Shown here piece after piece: positions 7,921 to 15,402 of a DNA stretch of 40,289 nucleotides (the first letter of the stretch is position 1; each line of letters begins with the position of its first letter). The DNA is taken from positions 1 to 40,289 of IMG/VR virus record IMGVR_UViG_3300005325_000002. The stretch is one strand, 5' to 3'. A model generated the notes under the pieces. It searched no databases. It was not told the origin of the DNA and worked only from the letters and a program-made list of their open reading frames with translations. A program made the position numbers and the translations under genes. This DNA is from a virus. Lineage: Duplodnaviria; Caudoviricetes.

Positions 7921-10000
7921 AGGAATCCAGCTCCTTACACAAGAAATCAATCTCTGTAAGCCGAACATTATCATTGCTTTCGGAAATGTGAGTTTGTGGG
8001 CGCTGACCGGAAAGTGGGGTGTGATGAAATGGCGGGGGAGCTTGCTTGAAGTCTCCTTGCCTCATTCCGTAGGCAGGCCGGTGAAAGTTATTCCAGTCGT
8101 CCATCCCGGAACCATCTTACGGCGGTGGGACTGGCGGCCTGTGGCGGTTCATGACTTGCGGAGGTGCCTTAAAGAAAGTAAGTCAGAAAAGATAACGTGT
8201 GTGGATTACAATTTTTTAATCCGCGTAAGTTTCCCTCAAGCTCTCGCAGTTCTTAATGAGTTACTCCTCCAAGTGGAAAAGGAACCAACATGGCTCGCCT
8301 GTGATATTGAAACCCGCGCCGGTCACATCGCCTGCATCGGTTTCGCATGGAGTAAGACTTCCGCCATCTGCATCCCATTCATGTGCGTCGAGCGGCCGGA
8401 AGGGTACTTCACACCTAATGAAGAGTTCGCGGTCATCACCCTCATCCGCAAGCTTTTAGTCCACCCTAACGCTAAGATCATCGGCCAGAACTTCCACTAT
8501 GACGCGCAGTACATCCACCGCCACTGGATGATCGTTCCAAACTGCGCTCAAGACACCATGATTTCCCAACATTCCTGCTTCTCCAACATGCAGAAGTCAT
8601 TGGACTTCCTTTCCAGTATGTATTGCGAGAATCACTTATATTGGAAAGATGATGGGAAAGAGTGGACGGATGATATGAACGAAGACCAGCTTTGGAACTA
8701 TAACTGCATGGACTGCGTACGCACGTTCGAGGTCGCGGAAGTCCTCCGACGGAATGTAGTTCAAATGGGACTTCAGAATGTTGATGGATTTCAGCAATCC
8801 CTATTCCGTCCCGTCCTTGAAACCATGATAATAGGGCTTCGAGTTGATAAAGCTCGCCGCGCCACCTTCGCCATGGAACTCATGGATGAGATTGCCAAGC
8901 GCGAACAATTCTTCATCGACATACTCGGACATCCTTTAAATCCTCGTTCAAACACCCAAATGCAGAAGTTATTCTACGACGATCTCGGTCAACGCCCAAT
9001 TAAAAACCACAAGACCGGCGCCGTTTCCTGTGACGATGAATCTCTACGCAAGGTAATGGAACGTGAACCAATCCTCAAGCCACTCATCAACCGAATCACT
9101 GAATATCGTTCGCTTAACGTCTTCCTCTCTACTTTTGTTTCTGCTCCTCTCGACGTGGACGACCGCATCCGCTGCTCCTTCGCAGTCACGGGCGCAGAAA
9201 CATATCGCTTCGCCTCCCGCAAAAACGCTTTCGGTTCGGGCCTCAACCTCCAAAACATCCCAAAGGGCGGTGATGAAGGTTCGGGCCTCGAACTCCCGAA
9301 CGTCCGGACACTCTTCATCCCGGACCCCGGCCACACCTTCTTCGATATTGACCTTTCTTCTGCCGACCTTCGAATCGTGGTTTGGGAGTCCGACGAACCA
9401 GAAATGAAAGCCATGCTCCGTGAAGGCCTTGACCCCTACACCGAAGTTGCAAAGGAGTTCTATCATGACCCATCCATCAACAAAAAGGATCCTCGCCGTC
9501 AGCTCTTTAAGTCTTTTTGTCACGGAACAAACTACCTTGGTACCGCCAAAGGACTTGCAGGAAGGCTTGGACTATCTGTATATGAATCAGAAAAGACTCA
9601 GACGTGGTATTTCGGTCGTTTTCCGAAGATCAAAGAATGGCAAAATAATCTCAAGGAGTCTGTCATCAAGCGTCGAATGGTTGAAAATGTCTTCGGATAT
9701 CGTTGCTATTTTTTCGACCGAATCGAAGGGACAGTTTTTAATCAAGCTGCTGCGTGGATTCCCCAATCAACAGTTGCTTGTATCATCAATCGCGGATACC
9801 GGAATATCTTTGATAATCTTAAGGAAGTCCAAGTACTCCTGCAGGTGCATGACAGCTTGGCTGGACAATTTCAAACCCATCTTGGAGATTGGGCCACGCG
9901 GAGAATAGTGGAAGAGTGTTCGATTGAACTTCCTTACCGCGATCCGCTTATCGTCCCGGTCGGGATTAAGACAAGTACAAAGTCATGGGGGGACTGTTAA
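7625..10000 (+). CDS. polA: Family A DNA polymerase with N-terminal uracil-DNA glycosylase-like domain and 3'-5' exonuclease
   Basis: GENPG..EE, PFVG.AG, HP (family-4 UDG-like); DIET, GQNFHYD, YNCMD (exonuclease); NLQNIP, DLSSADLR, R...KSFCHGTNY, QVHDS (polymerase); GGAGG RBS before ATG 7625. Confidence 0.93.
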   Translation: MTHFVMPSGPCPAKIMIVGENPGAEEVRLNMPFVGTAGREMDRMLAEAGIARSSCFVTNVARVIPPGGNATAWIAEKKKDRTPAHKEFQGKLILQPLLEGIQLLTQEINLCKPNIIIAFGNVSLWALTGKWGVMKWRGSLLEVSLPHSVGRPVKVIPVVHPGTILRRWDWRPVAVHDLRRCLKESKSEKITCVDYNFLIRVSFPQALAVLNELLLQVEKEPTWLACDIETRAGHIACIGFAWSKTSAICIPFMCVERPEGYFTPNEEFAVITLIRKLLVHPNAKIIGQNFHYDAQYIHRHWMIVPNCAQDTMISQHSCFSNMQKSLDFLSSMYCENHLYWKDDGKEWTDDMNEDQLWNYNCMDCVRTFEVAEVLRRNVVQMGLQNVDGFQQSLFRPVLETMIIGLRVDKARRATFAMELMDEIAKREQFFIDILGHPLNPRSNTQMQKLFYDDLGQRPIKNHKTGAVSCDDESLRKVMEREPILKPLINRITEYRSLNVFLSTFVSAPLDVDDRIRCSFAVTGAETYRFASRKNAFGSGLNLQNIPKGGDEGSGLELPNVRTLFIPDPGHTFFDIDLSSADLRIVVWESDEPEMKAMLREGLDPYTEVAKEFYHDPSINKKDPRRQLFKSFCHGTNYLGTAKGLAGRLGLSVYESEKTQTWYFGRFPKIKEWQNNLKESVIKRRMVENVFGYRCYFFDRIEGTVFNQAAAWIPQSTVACIINRGYRNIFDNLKEVQVLLQVHDSLAGQFQTHLGDWATRRIVEECSIELPYRDPLIVPVGIKTSTKSWGDC
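8200..8225. promoter_or_regulatory. 26-bp palindromic site, copy 2, inside polA (TGTGGATTAC-aatttt-TTAATCCGCG)
   Basis: Matches the motif; lies in the linker between the UDG and exonuclease domains. Confidence 0.6.
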
Positions 10001-11197
10001 ATGTCCCCCCGGCAGTATTCCGATTGGCTTCAAGCCTACATCCGCTATGCCTCCGTCTCCGAAGCCCCGCGTTATATGCACTTTTGGGCGGGAGTGTCGG
10101 CAATCGCGGGAGCACTTCGCCGTCGGGTATGGTTTTCAATGGGGCACTTTTCATGGGAGCCGAACTTCTATATCATTTTCGTCGCTCCGCCGGGTGTGGT
10201 CGCCAAGTCCACAACCTCCGGCATCGCAATGAACTTGTTGAAAAAAGTTCCCGGAATCAAGTTCGGGCCGAATATCGTGACATGGCCAGCGCTGGTTGAG
10301 AAGTTTGCGGAATCGCGTGAGGCTTTCGAATACAAAACTGACTTTATCGAAATGTGCAGTCTCACCCTTGAATCCTCCGAGTTTGGGAATCTCGTCGATC
10401 CACAAGACAAACGAATGATTGATCTTTTGGTTCACTTATGGGACGGTCAGCCGGGGGAATTTTCCAAGGCTACGAAATCTTCCGGCGAGGATCAGATTGT
10501 AAATCCTTGGATCAACCTCATTGCTTGCACTACCCCGGCATGGATCGCGGATAACTTCCCGGAATATATGATCGGCGGAGGGTTTACTTCCCGTTGCGTG
10601 TTCGTATATGCGGAGAAGAAGGAGCGGCTTGTCGCATATCCTTTCCTTGAAATGAAATATAATAAGGTTGAAGAGGAAACCAAACTCGTCGAAGACTTGA
10701 TTCGAATATCTGAGATGATCGGGGAGTTCACTCTCGAGGAAGATGCTCTTACATGGGGCCAGCAATGGTATGAAGAACATTGGCGGTCAAAGCCTGCGAA
10801 CCTGGATGACGAACGTTTCGGTGGATACCTCTCCCGCAAGCAGTCCCACCTTCACAAACTTGCGATGATCCTTTCCGCCAGTGAAGCTTCAACCCTTCGT
10901 ATTTCAAAGAGTAACCTAATGACCGCGAATATGATGATTTCGGACTTGGAAAAAGATATGGTGAATGTATTCTCCAAGATTGGAAAATCCTCAACCAGCG
11001 TACAGGTTGACCGTTTAATTGATTATGTCAATCGGCGAGGGGAGGCACCTTATAAAGAAGTCTATCAATTCGCGCATATGTACTTCCCTTCCGCGAGGGA
11101 TTTCGAGGATGTGATGCTTGGATGTATTAAGAGTGGACAATTGAAGTTAATACAAAAAAATGGGCAGCCGATGATTTGCGCGGTTGTCGGTGATTGA
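10001..11197 (+). CDS. DUF3987/YfjI-family P-loop helicase (replicative helicase candidate)
   Basis: Variant Walker A VAPPGVVAKSTT, Walker B ESSEFG, LWDG, GFTSR; abuts polA. Confidence 0.72.
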   Translation: MSPRQYSDWLQAYIRYASVSEAPRYMHFWAGVSAIAGALRRRVWFSMGHFSWEPNFYIIFVAPPGVVAKSTTSGIAMNLLKKVPGIKFGPNIVTWPALVEKFAESREAFEYKTDFIEMCSLTLESSEFGNLVDPQDKRMIDLLVHLWDGQPGEFSKATKSSGEDQIVNPWINLIACTTPAWIADNFPEYMIGGGFTSRCVFVYAEKKERLVAYPFLEMKYNKVEEETKLVEDLIRISEMIGEFTLEEDALTWGQQWYEEHWRSKPANLDDERFGGYLSRKQSHLHKLAMILSASEASTLRISKSNLMTANMMISDLEKDMVNVFSKIGKSSTSVQVDRLIDYVNRRGEAPYKEVYQFAHMYFPSARDFEDVMLGCIKSGQLKLIQKNGQPMICAVVGD

Positions 11198-11208
11198 AAG
11201 GAGGGGAG

Positions 11209-11496
11209 ATGAACACGAAAGAAGTTGCTGAGTGGTTACGAGAGGCTGCTGTTAGGTGTGAAGATTTGAGGGATATAATGGATGACAGGAATGAAATTTC
11301 CACATCATCCTATTATGCAGATGAAGCAAACGCTTTCAGGCAACGCGCCTCACGGGTCGAGGCCATGACTTGCGATAGGTGTGCTGACTTTGACAATCAA
11401 TTCAACGATTGCCTAGATTCGTTCGACGCTTCTTTTGAAAATGGGGCGAATATCGAGAAGTGCGGACCTAAGTTTGGTTGCAACAGGTGGAAGTAG
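11209..11496 (+). CDS. Hypothetical Cys-rich protein
   Basis: GGAGGGGAG RBS before ATG 11209; CDRC...C...C...C. Confidence 0.65.
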   Translation: MNTKEVAEWLREAAVRCEDLRDIMDDRNEISTSSYYADEANAFRQRASRVEAMTCDRCADFDNQFNDCLDSFDASFENGANIEKCGPKFGCNRWK

Positions 11497-11522
11497 AAGC
11501 CCCAAGACGGGCGGGGGGAGGG

Positions 11523-11801
11523 ATGATGGGAAAGTTTGCAAAAGTATTTGAAATTGGAGAAGAGCAACTGCTTGTCAAAACGCAACAAGACGCGGAGGGA
11601 AACCCGCAAGTTTACTGTGCGACTGAGATAGATGGGAATGAAATAGGGATATCTCCAACTTTCACTCCTAAGAGCGACAGCGATTCAGCCTTTGAATCTG
11701 CGTGGGATGCGGCAGATAAATACTTTCTTTCTGTTGATCAGCGTAAGGCTGAGGAAATAAGAGCGGGGATAGTTAGAACATATGAAACATTGTCTAGTTA
11801 A
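11523..11801 (+). CDS. Hypothetical protein
   Basis: GGAGG RBS before ATG 11523. Confidence 0.65.
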   Translation: MMGKFAKVFEIGEEQLLVKTQQDAEGNPQVYCATEIDGNEIGISPTFTPKSDSDSAFESAWDAADKYFLSVDQRKAEEIRAGIVRTYETLSS

Positions 11802-11838
11802 CTGGACCGCGAAACGGTTCGGTCAAGGGAGGGGTGAA

Positions 11839-12081
11839 ATGGCGTTGAGCATGATGCAGCGAATGTCAATCATGGATGGATACGGAAGATGTCGGTGCAG
11901 TTATTGTGGGAAATTCAGGAAAGAATCCGACTTCCCAGATCAACCGGCACACGCTTATTTCGGAGATGGGAAAAGTATATCAGGACAGATAAGCGTCTCC
12001 CCTGCATGTTCTTCTTGTTTCCAAGATGTTTCCAGGCAACAAAACCACCGAATAAACTCCAGCAAAATCAAGCAGTTTTAA
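11839..12081 (+). CDS. Hypothetical zinc-finger protein (CSYC...CSSC)
   Basis: GGAGG RBS before ATG 11839. Confidence 0.6.
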   Translation: MALSMMQRMSIMDGYGRCRCSYCGKFRKESDFPDQPAHAYFGDGKSISGQISVSPACSSCFQDVSRQQNHRINSSKIKQF

Positions 12082-12381
12082 CACCGCCTATTATAATCCA
12101 ATAGTTGGCGTTTCCAAGGTTTTTGTTATAAAATAGGCCGGTTATGGTTGAGCGGATAACTGGTAATTGTTTCCAGATTGTTTCCAGGAGGGTCAGGTGA
12201 TGATTGAACCAATGGTAGACGGAGACAGCCGATTTATTACCATTTTAAAATTGGCATTTCTTATACTGCTTTTTGCTGCCGCTATCGCTCTAGCACCTTT
12301 ATGCGTGATTTGTAGGCCGCTAGACAACCTGATATGGGGGAAGGGGAGAAATGGACGATAATGTTTCCGGATTGTTTCCAG
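12016..12381 (+). repeat. Three pairs of TGTTTCC heptamers with 11-bp period
   Basis: Copies at 12016/12027, 12168/12179 and 12362/12373. Confidence 0.6.
12200..12361 (+). CDS. Small membrane protein
   Basis: GGAGG RBS; one long hydrophobic segment. Confidence 0.5.
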   Translation: MIEPMVDGDSRFITILKLAFLILLFAAAIALAPLCVICRPLDNLIWGKGRNGR

Positions 12382-12602
12382 ATGGGATGGTACAGGTGCA
12401 AAGAAATCCAGACATGGCCGTTGATCTTTCTGATGGCCCATGGAACGGATGGTTATTCTGGAGGCATCCAGACGGGCAGTTTGTGTCAAAACGAAAGCTC
12501 GAACCCTGGGAGGTCATGCAAGTTGAAGATCAGCGCGATGAAGGAATCGTTATTGATGCTGGGCAAATACTCGGAACAAAGAGCGGTGTCCGCTATGGGT
12601 AA
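12351..12602 (+). CDS. Hypothetical protein
   Basis: GGGGAG RBS; 83 aa. Confidence 0.6.
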   Translation: MDDNVSGLFPDGMVQVQRNPDMAVDLSDGPWNGWLFWRHPDGQFVSKRKLEPWEVMQVEDQRDEGIVIDAGQILGTKSGVRYG

Positions 12603-12685
12603 TTGTTCCCAACCTTAACCCCACCCATGCTGCAATAGGGCGCATGGGGATGTCGTTTTACAAGGACGAAAATGAGGAAATATCA

Positions 12686-12928
12686 ATGAGCATGATAACT
12701 GTAGGAACCTGCGGGCTTTGTGGCGGACCGGTGCAAATTAGTTCTATGTGGGGATCTTCAATCCCACAAGAAATGAAATGCTCCAGATGCGGAGCTGTAG
12801 CCGAGAGGTCTTTCGGGCCAATCATCCCGATGCGTTCGGGTAAAAAGTCAGAAGATGAGGGGGAGATAAAAAGAGAATTGTTTTCTGGTTCTGGCCCATG
12901 CCAGTATGACGGTATGCTGGCAAAATAG
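12686..12928 (+). CDS. Hypothetical zinc-ribbon protein (CGLC...CSRC)
   Basis: GAGG RBS before ATG 12686. Confidence 0.6.
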   Translation: MSMITVGTCGLCGGPVQISSMWGSSIPQEMKCSRCGAVAERSFGPIIPMRSGKKSEDEGEIKRELFSGSGPCQYDGMLAK

Positions 12929-12942
12929 CCATGCTGCAGTAT

Positions 12943-12974
12943 CCCCAGTGCGAAGCAACCATCCCGCACTGGGG
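12943..12974. terminator. Hairpin at the convergence of the early and late arms (probable terminator)
   Basis: CCCCAGTGCG / CGCACTGGGG 10-bp perfect stem between convergent stop codons; weak U-tracts. Confidence 0.55.
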
Positions 12975-12979
12975 TTCAA

Positions 12980-14659
12980 TCACTCGGCTGGCTTGGCGAT
13001 AGCTCCGCCTAGTTTATAGCGTTGCTTGCTGACTTGGTATTCGTAGGCTCCGATATCCCACACGCCGTTTTGGGGTTTGGTTGCTCCAGCAATATCTTTT
13101 TTTATGTCTATGCCGTAGCTTGCCAGGAAGATACTATACGGTGTCGTCCCGCTCATAGTTGATCCAACGTCTTTAGCTGCGCTGCTAGAGGTTAGAGCAA
13201 AACTCGTCGGAGGGTTGACCAGCCCAGGGGCAACATCCAAACAACTCCCGCCGCCGTCGTCACATTTACCCGCCGAAACCAGTGTTGACAGTGCGGTGTG
13301 AACTACTCCGTCAAGATGTACTTTCACCGGGCTATAAAAAGCATTGTACTCTATATCTGATGCCGCTACTGATACATCATCAGTCCCGAGAATGATACTG
13401 TATGGGTTGATTCCGGTCACAGCCCCAACCCTGAGATTTGAAATAATATTCCCGACTATATCAATATCATAGTCTGCCCCGGTCATGTAATAAGAAACTC
13501 CGACCGTTGTATCATATATCGTATTATTGTAAACATACACTCTTTTGGTGCTATAAGCAAAAATTGCATAGCCAGACCTGTAGTACGATCCATCAGTATG
13601 ATTTTCAGTAGCATATTCATCCATATCATAGATGACATTGCCTATAATATACAGATTATTCGATCCGCTGCTTACGATTCCTCCTTTTGCGTCGTGTATC
13701 CTGTTGTTAATAAACCAGATATCGACAGGTGAATCATGTACGGAGACAGCGGGCCCAAAGGAATTTGTTTCTCCTGGCCAATCAGTATAGCTGTACATAT
13801 CATTGGAAGAAACAATTACATCTTTACAACCTTTTAGATCGACGGCGTTCTCTCCATCATCGTGGAATGTGTTTCCGCCGATATAAATGTTATATGGAGA
13901 AGTTGCCGTAACTCCACCAGGGTTCCCCACTTGCACAGCATCGCCGCCGTTGTGGTGATGGTGGCTATTCAGAAGCCAGATGTTTCTGGAGTAGTTTTCT
14001 GGCTTAAACGCATGTCTATCATCTTCCCCGATGTAATCATATTTTCCAATATAACTGACTTCATTGTTATACAGGACGATATGCTCGGTCCAGTTGGGGG
14101 ATGCACCATAAAAATTGACGCTTCCAGTATTCCCCAGTAAACCATTCCCCGTAATCTTTGAGTTTCTCAAGCAGATATGGTTTGGAGTATAGCCGTCCTT
14201 TGTCCGTATTTCTGGTTTAGCGACTGAGAACTGCAATCCATCAATGATGACATAAGCTGCGTTGCCCCAATACCACGCCGTGGTTATTGTCGGCAGTGCT
14301 CCGGGGGTTCCAACAAAGAAAATGGGGCTAGCCTCTGTCCCTTGGGCAGTAAACGTCCTCGCATAAGTGTGGGTTCCAGTCAACTCGACCCGACTCCCAG
14401 CGGGGATTGTTATAGGGACGGTGGCGCGTGGCGCTGTTGGGGTTCCATAAGTGCGCCCTGTGTCTGTCCCAGACTGAGGGTTGACATAATAATATCCGGT
14501 CTGCTCGGTAGTCCATGGATCAGGCCGAGATGGAACAGGCGTATCTATTGGATGAATACTCCCCCATGATGGATCAGGGATGCCTACTGGTGGGGTGTAG
14601 GCGTATGCTTGACCAGCCAATAACAGAACGATCAGAAGATTAAAAACTAACGTCATCAT
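12980..14659 (-). CDS. Right-handed parallel beta-helix (pectate lyase/depolymerase-like) protein with N-terminal signal peptide and C-terminal DIGAYEY (choice-of-anchor Q-like) end
   Basis: Repeated I.GN.I/NN.I rungs; MMTLVFNLLIVLLLAGQAYA leader; AAGGTG RBS supports start 14659 rather than 14800. Confidence 0.78.
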   Translation of the reverse strand: MMTLVFNLLIVLLLAGQAYAYTPPVGIPDPSWGSIHPIDTPVPSRPDPWTTEQTGYYYVNPQSGTDTGRTYGTPTAPRATVPITIPAGSRVELTGTHTYARTFTAQGTEASPIFFVGTPGALPTITTAWYWGNAAYVIIDGLQFSVAKPEIRTKDGYTPNHICLRNSKITGNGLLGNTGSVNFYGASPNWTEHIVLYNNEVSYIGKYDYIGEDDRHAFKPENYSRNIWLLNSHHHHNGGDAVQVGNPGGVTATSPYNIYIGGNTFHDDGENAVDLKGCKDVIVSSNDMYSYTDWPGETNSFGPAVSVHDSPVDIWFINNRIHDAKGGIVSSGSNNLYIIGNVIYDMDEYATENHTDGSYYRSGYAIFAYSTKRVYVYNNTIYDTTVGVSYYMTGADYDIDIVGNIISNLRVGAVTGINPYSIILGTDDVSVAASDIEYNAFYSPVKVHLDGVVHTALSTLVSAGKCDDGGGSCLDVAPGLVNPPTSFALTSSSAAKDVGSTMSGTTPYSIFLASYGIDIKKDIAGATKPQNGVWDIGAYEYQVSKQRYKLGGAIAKPAE

Positions 14660-15401
14660 CTTGCACCTTATCCCATACTGAGTCGAAGCAATCTGTCCCG
14701 GAGGTGTATTCACCAGCAAACACCATTTTATTGCTATACTGAGTCCTCGTACCCTCTGTCGACGACGCAAAGTTGCTCCCCGATGTGGGGCAGGTTCCAT
14801 CTATAGAAAAACTGACATCGGAATAGGCATCAGTCCCGCCTCCAGGTTGATACGACGCACACAGGGTATACCAGTTCCCTACGGTTACCGTCCCTGAGGT
14901 GTTTTCAGCCGTTGCATCCCCGAACGCCTGCACTCTCACGGTATATGTAGTGGGTGAAACATAAGTCAGGTAGATTGTCGATAGGGCGGTGGTATTGTTG
15001 AAGAACGTCATCAATGTATCTGAACCAGACGACCCACCACCATTCGCGCTGACTTTGAAAAGTCGCTTTACATAAAGCCGACCAGAAGATAGGGCTGTGT
15101 AAGACACACTCGCTGTTACATCCGTTGCCGCTCCAGCACACCCCCCAAGAAATAGCGATTGATCGCCATCCCCTGGGTTTGTGGTGTAGTCTGGGTTTGG
15201 CGTCCCAAGAACCGTAGCCCATGTTCCATCATCTCCTGCTCCGGTTTCGTACCCCGTTCCTTCAAATCCTTGATCGAGGAGATATGTTCTTGCTGGAGCC
15301 GCCCCGCCACCGCTCGCAATGGCCCCCACAAATCCAGAAGGGTTTGCCCACGCGCTGGTGCAGAACAGAACCAGGATGATTGATAGTAGGTATCTTTTCA
15401 T
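14640..15401 (-). CDS. Signal-peptide-bearing beta-sandwich (ConA/lectin-like) protein
   Basis: MKRYLLSIILVLFCTSAWA leader; Thr/Gly/Ser-rich beta-strand pattern; fold is inferred. Confidence 0.6.
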   Translation of the reverse strand: MKRYLLSIILVLFCTSAWANPSGFVGAIASGGGAAPARTYLLDQGFEGTGYETGAGDDGTWATVLGTPNPDYTTNPGDGDQSLFLGGCAGAATDVTASVSYTALSSGRLYVKRLFKVSANGGGSSGSDTLMTFFNNTTALSTIYLTYVSPTTYTVRVQAFGDATAENTSGTVTVGNWYTLCASYQPGGGTDAYSDVSFSIDGTCPTSGSNFASSTEGTRTQYSNKMVFAGEYTSGTDCFDSVWDKVQDDDVSF

Positions 15402-15402
15402 A

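Noticed and set aside
14660-14800. N-terminal extension of the beta-helix ORF to 14800, and similar upstream extensions at 15422, 16740, 17292, 34230, 39600
   Set aside because: They overlap the upstream genes or promoters; the downstream ATGs have RBSs or stop-start coupling
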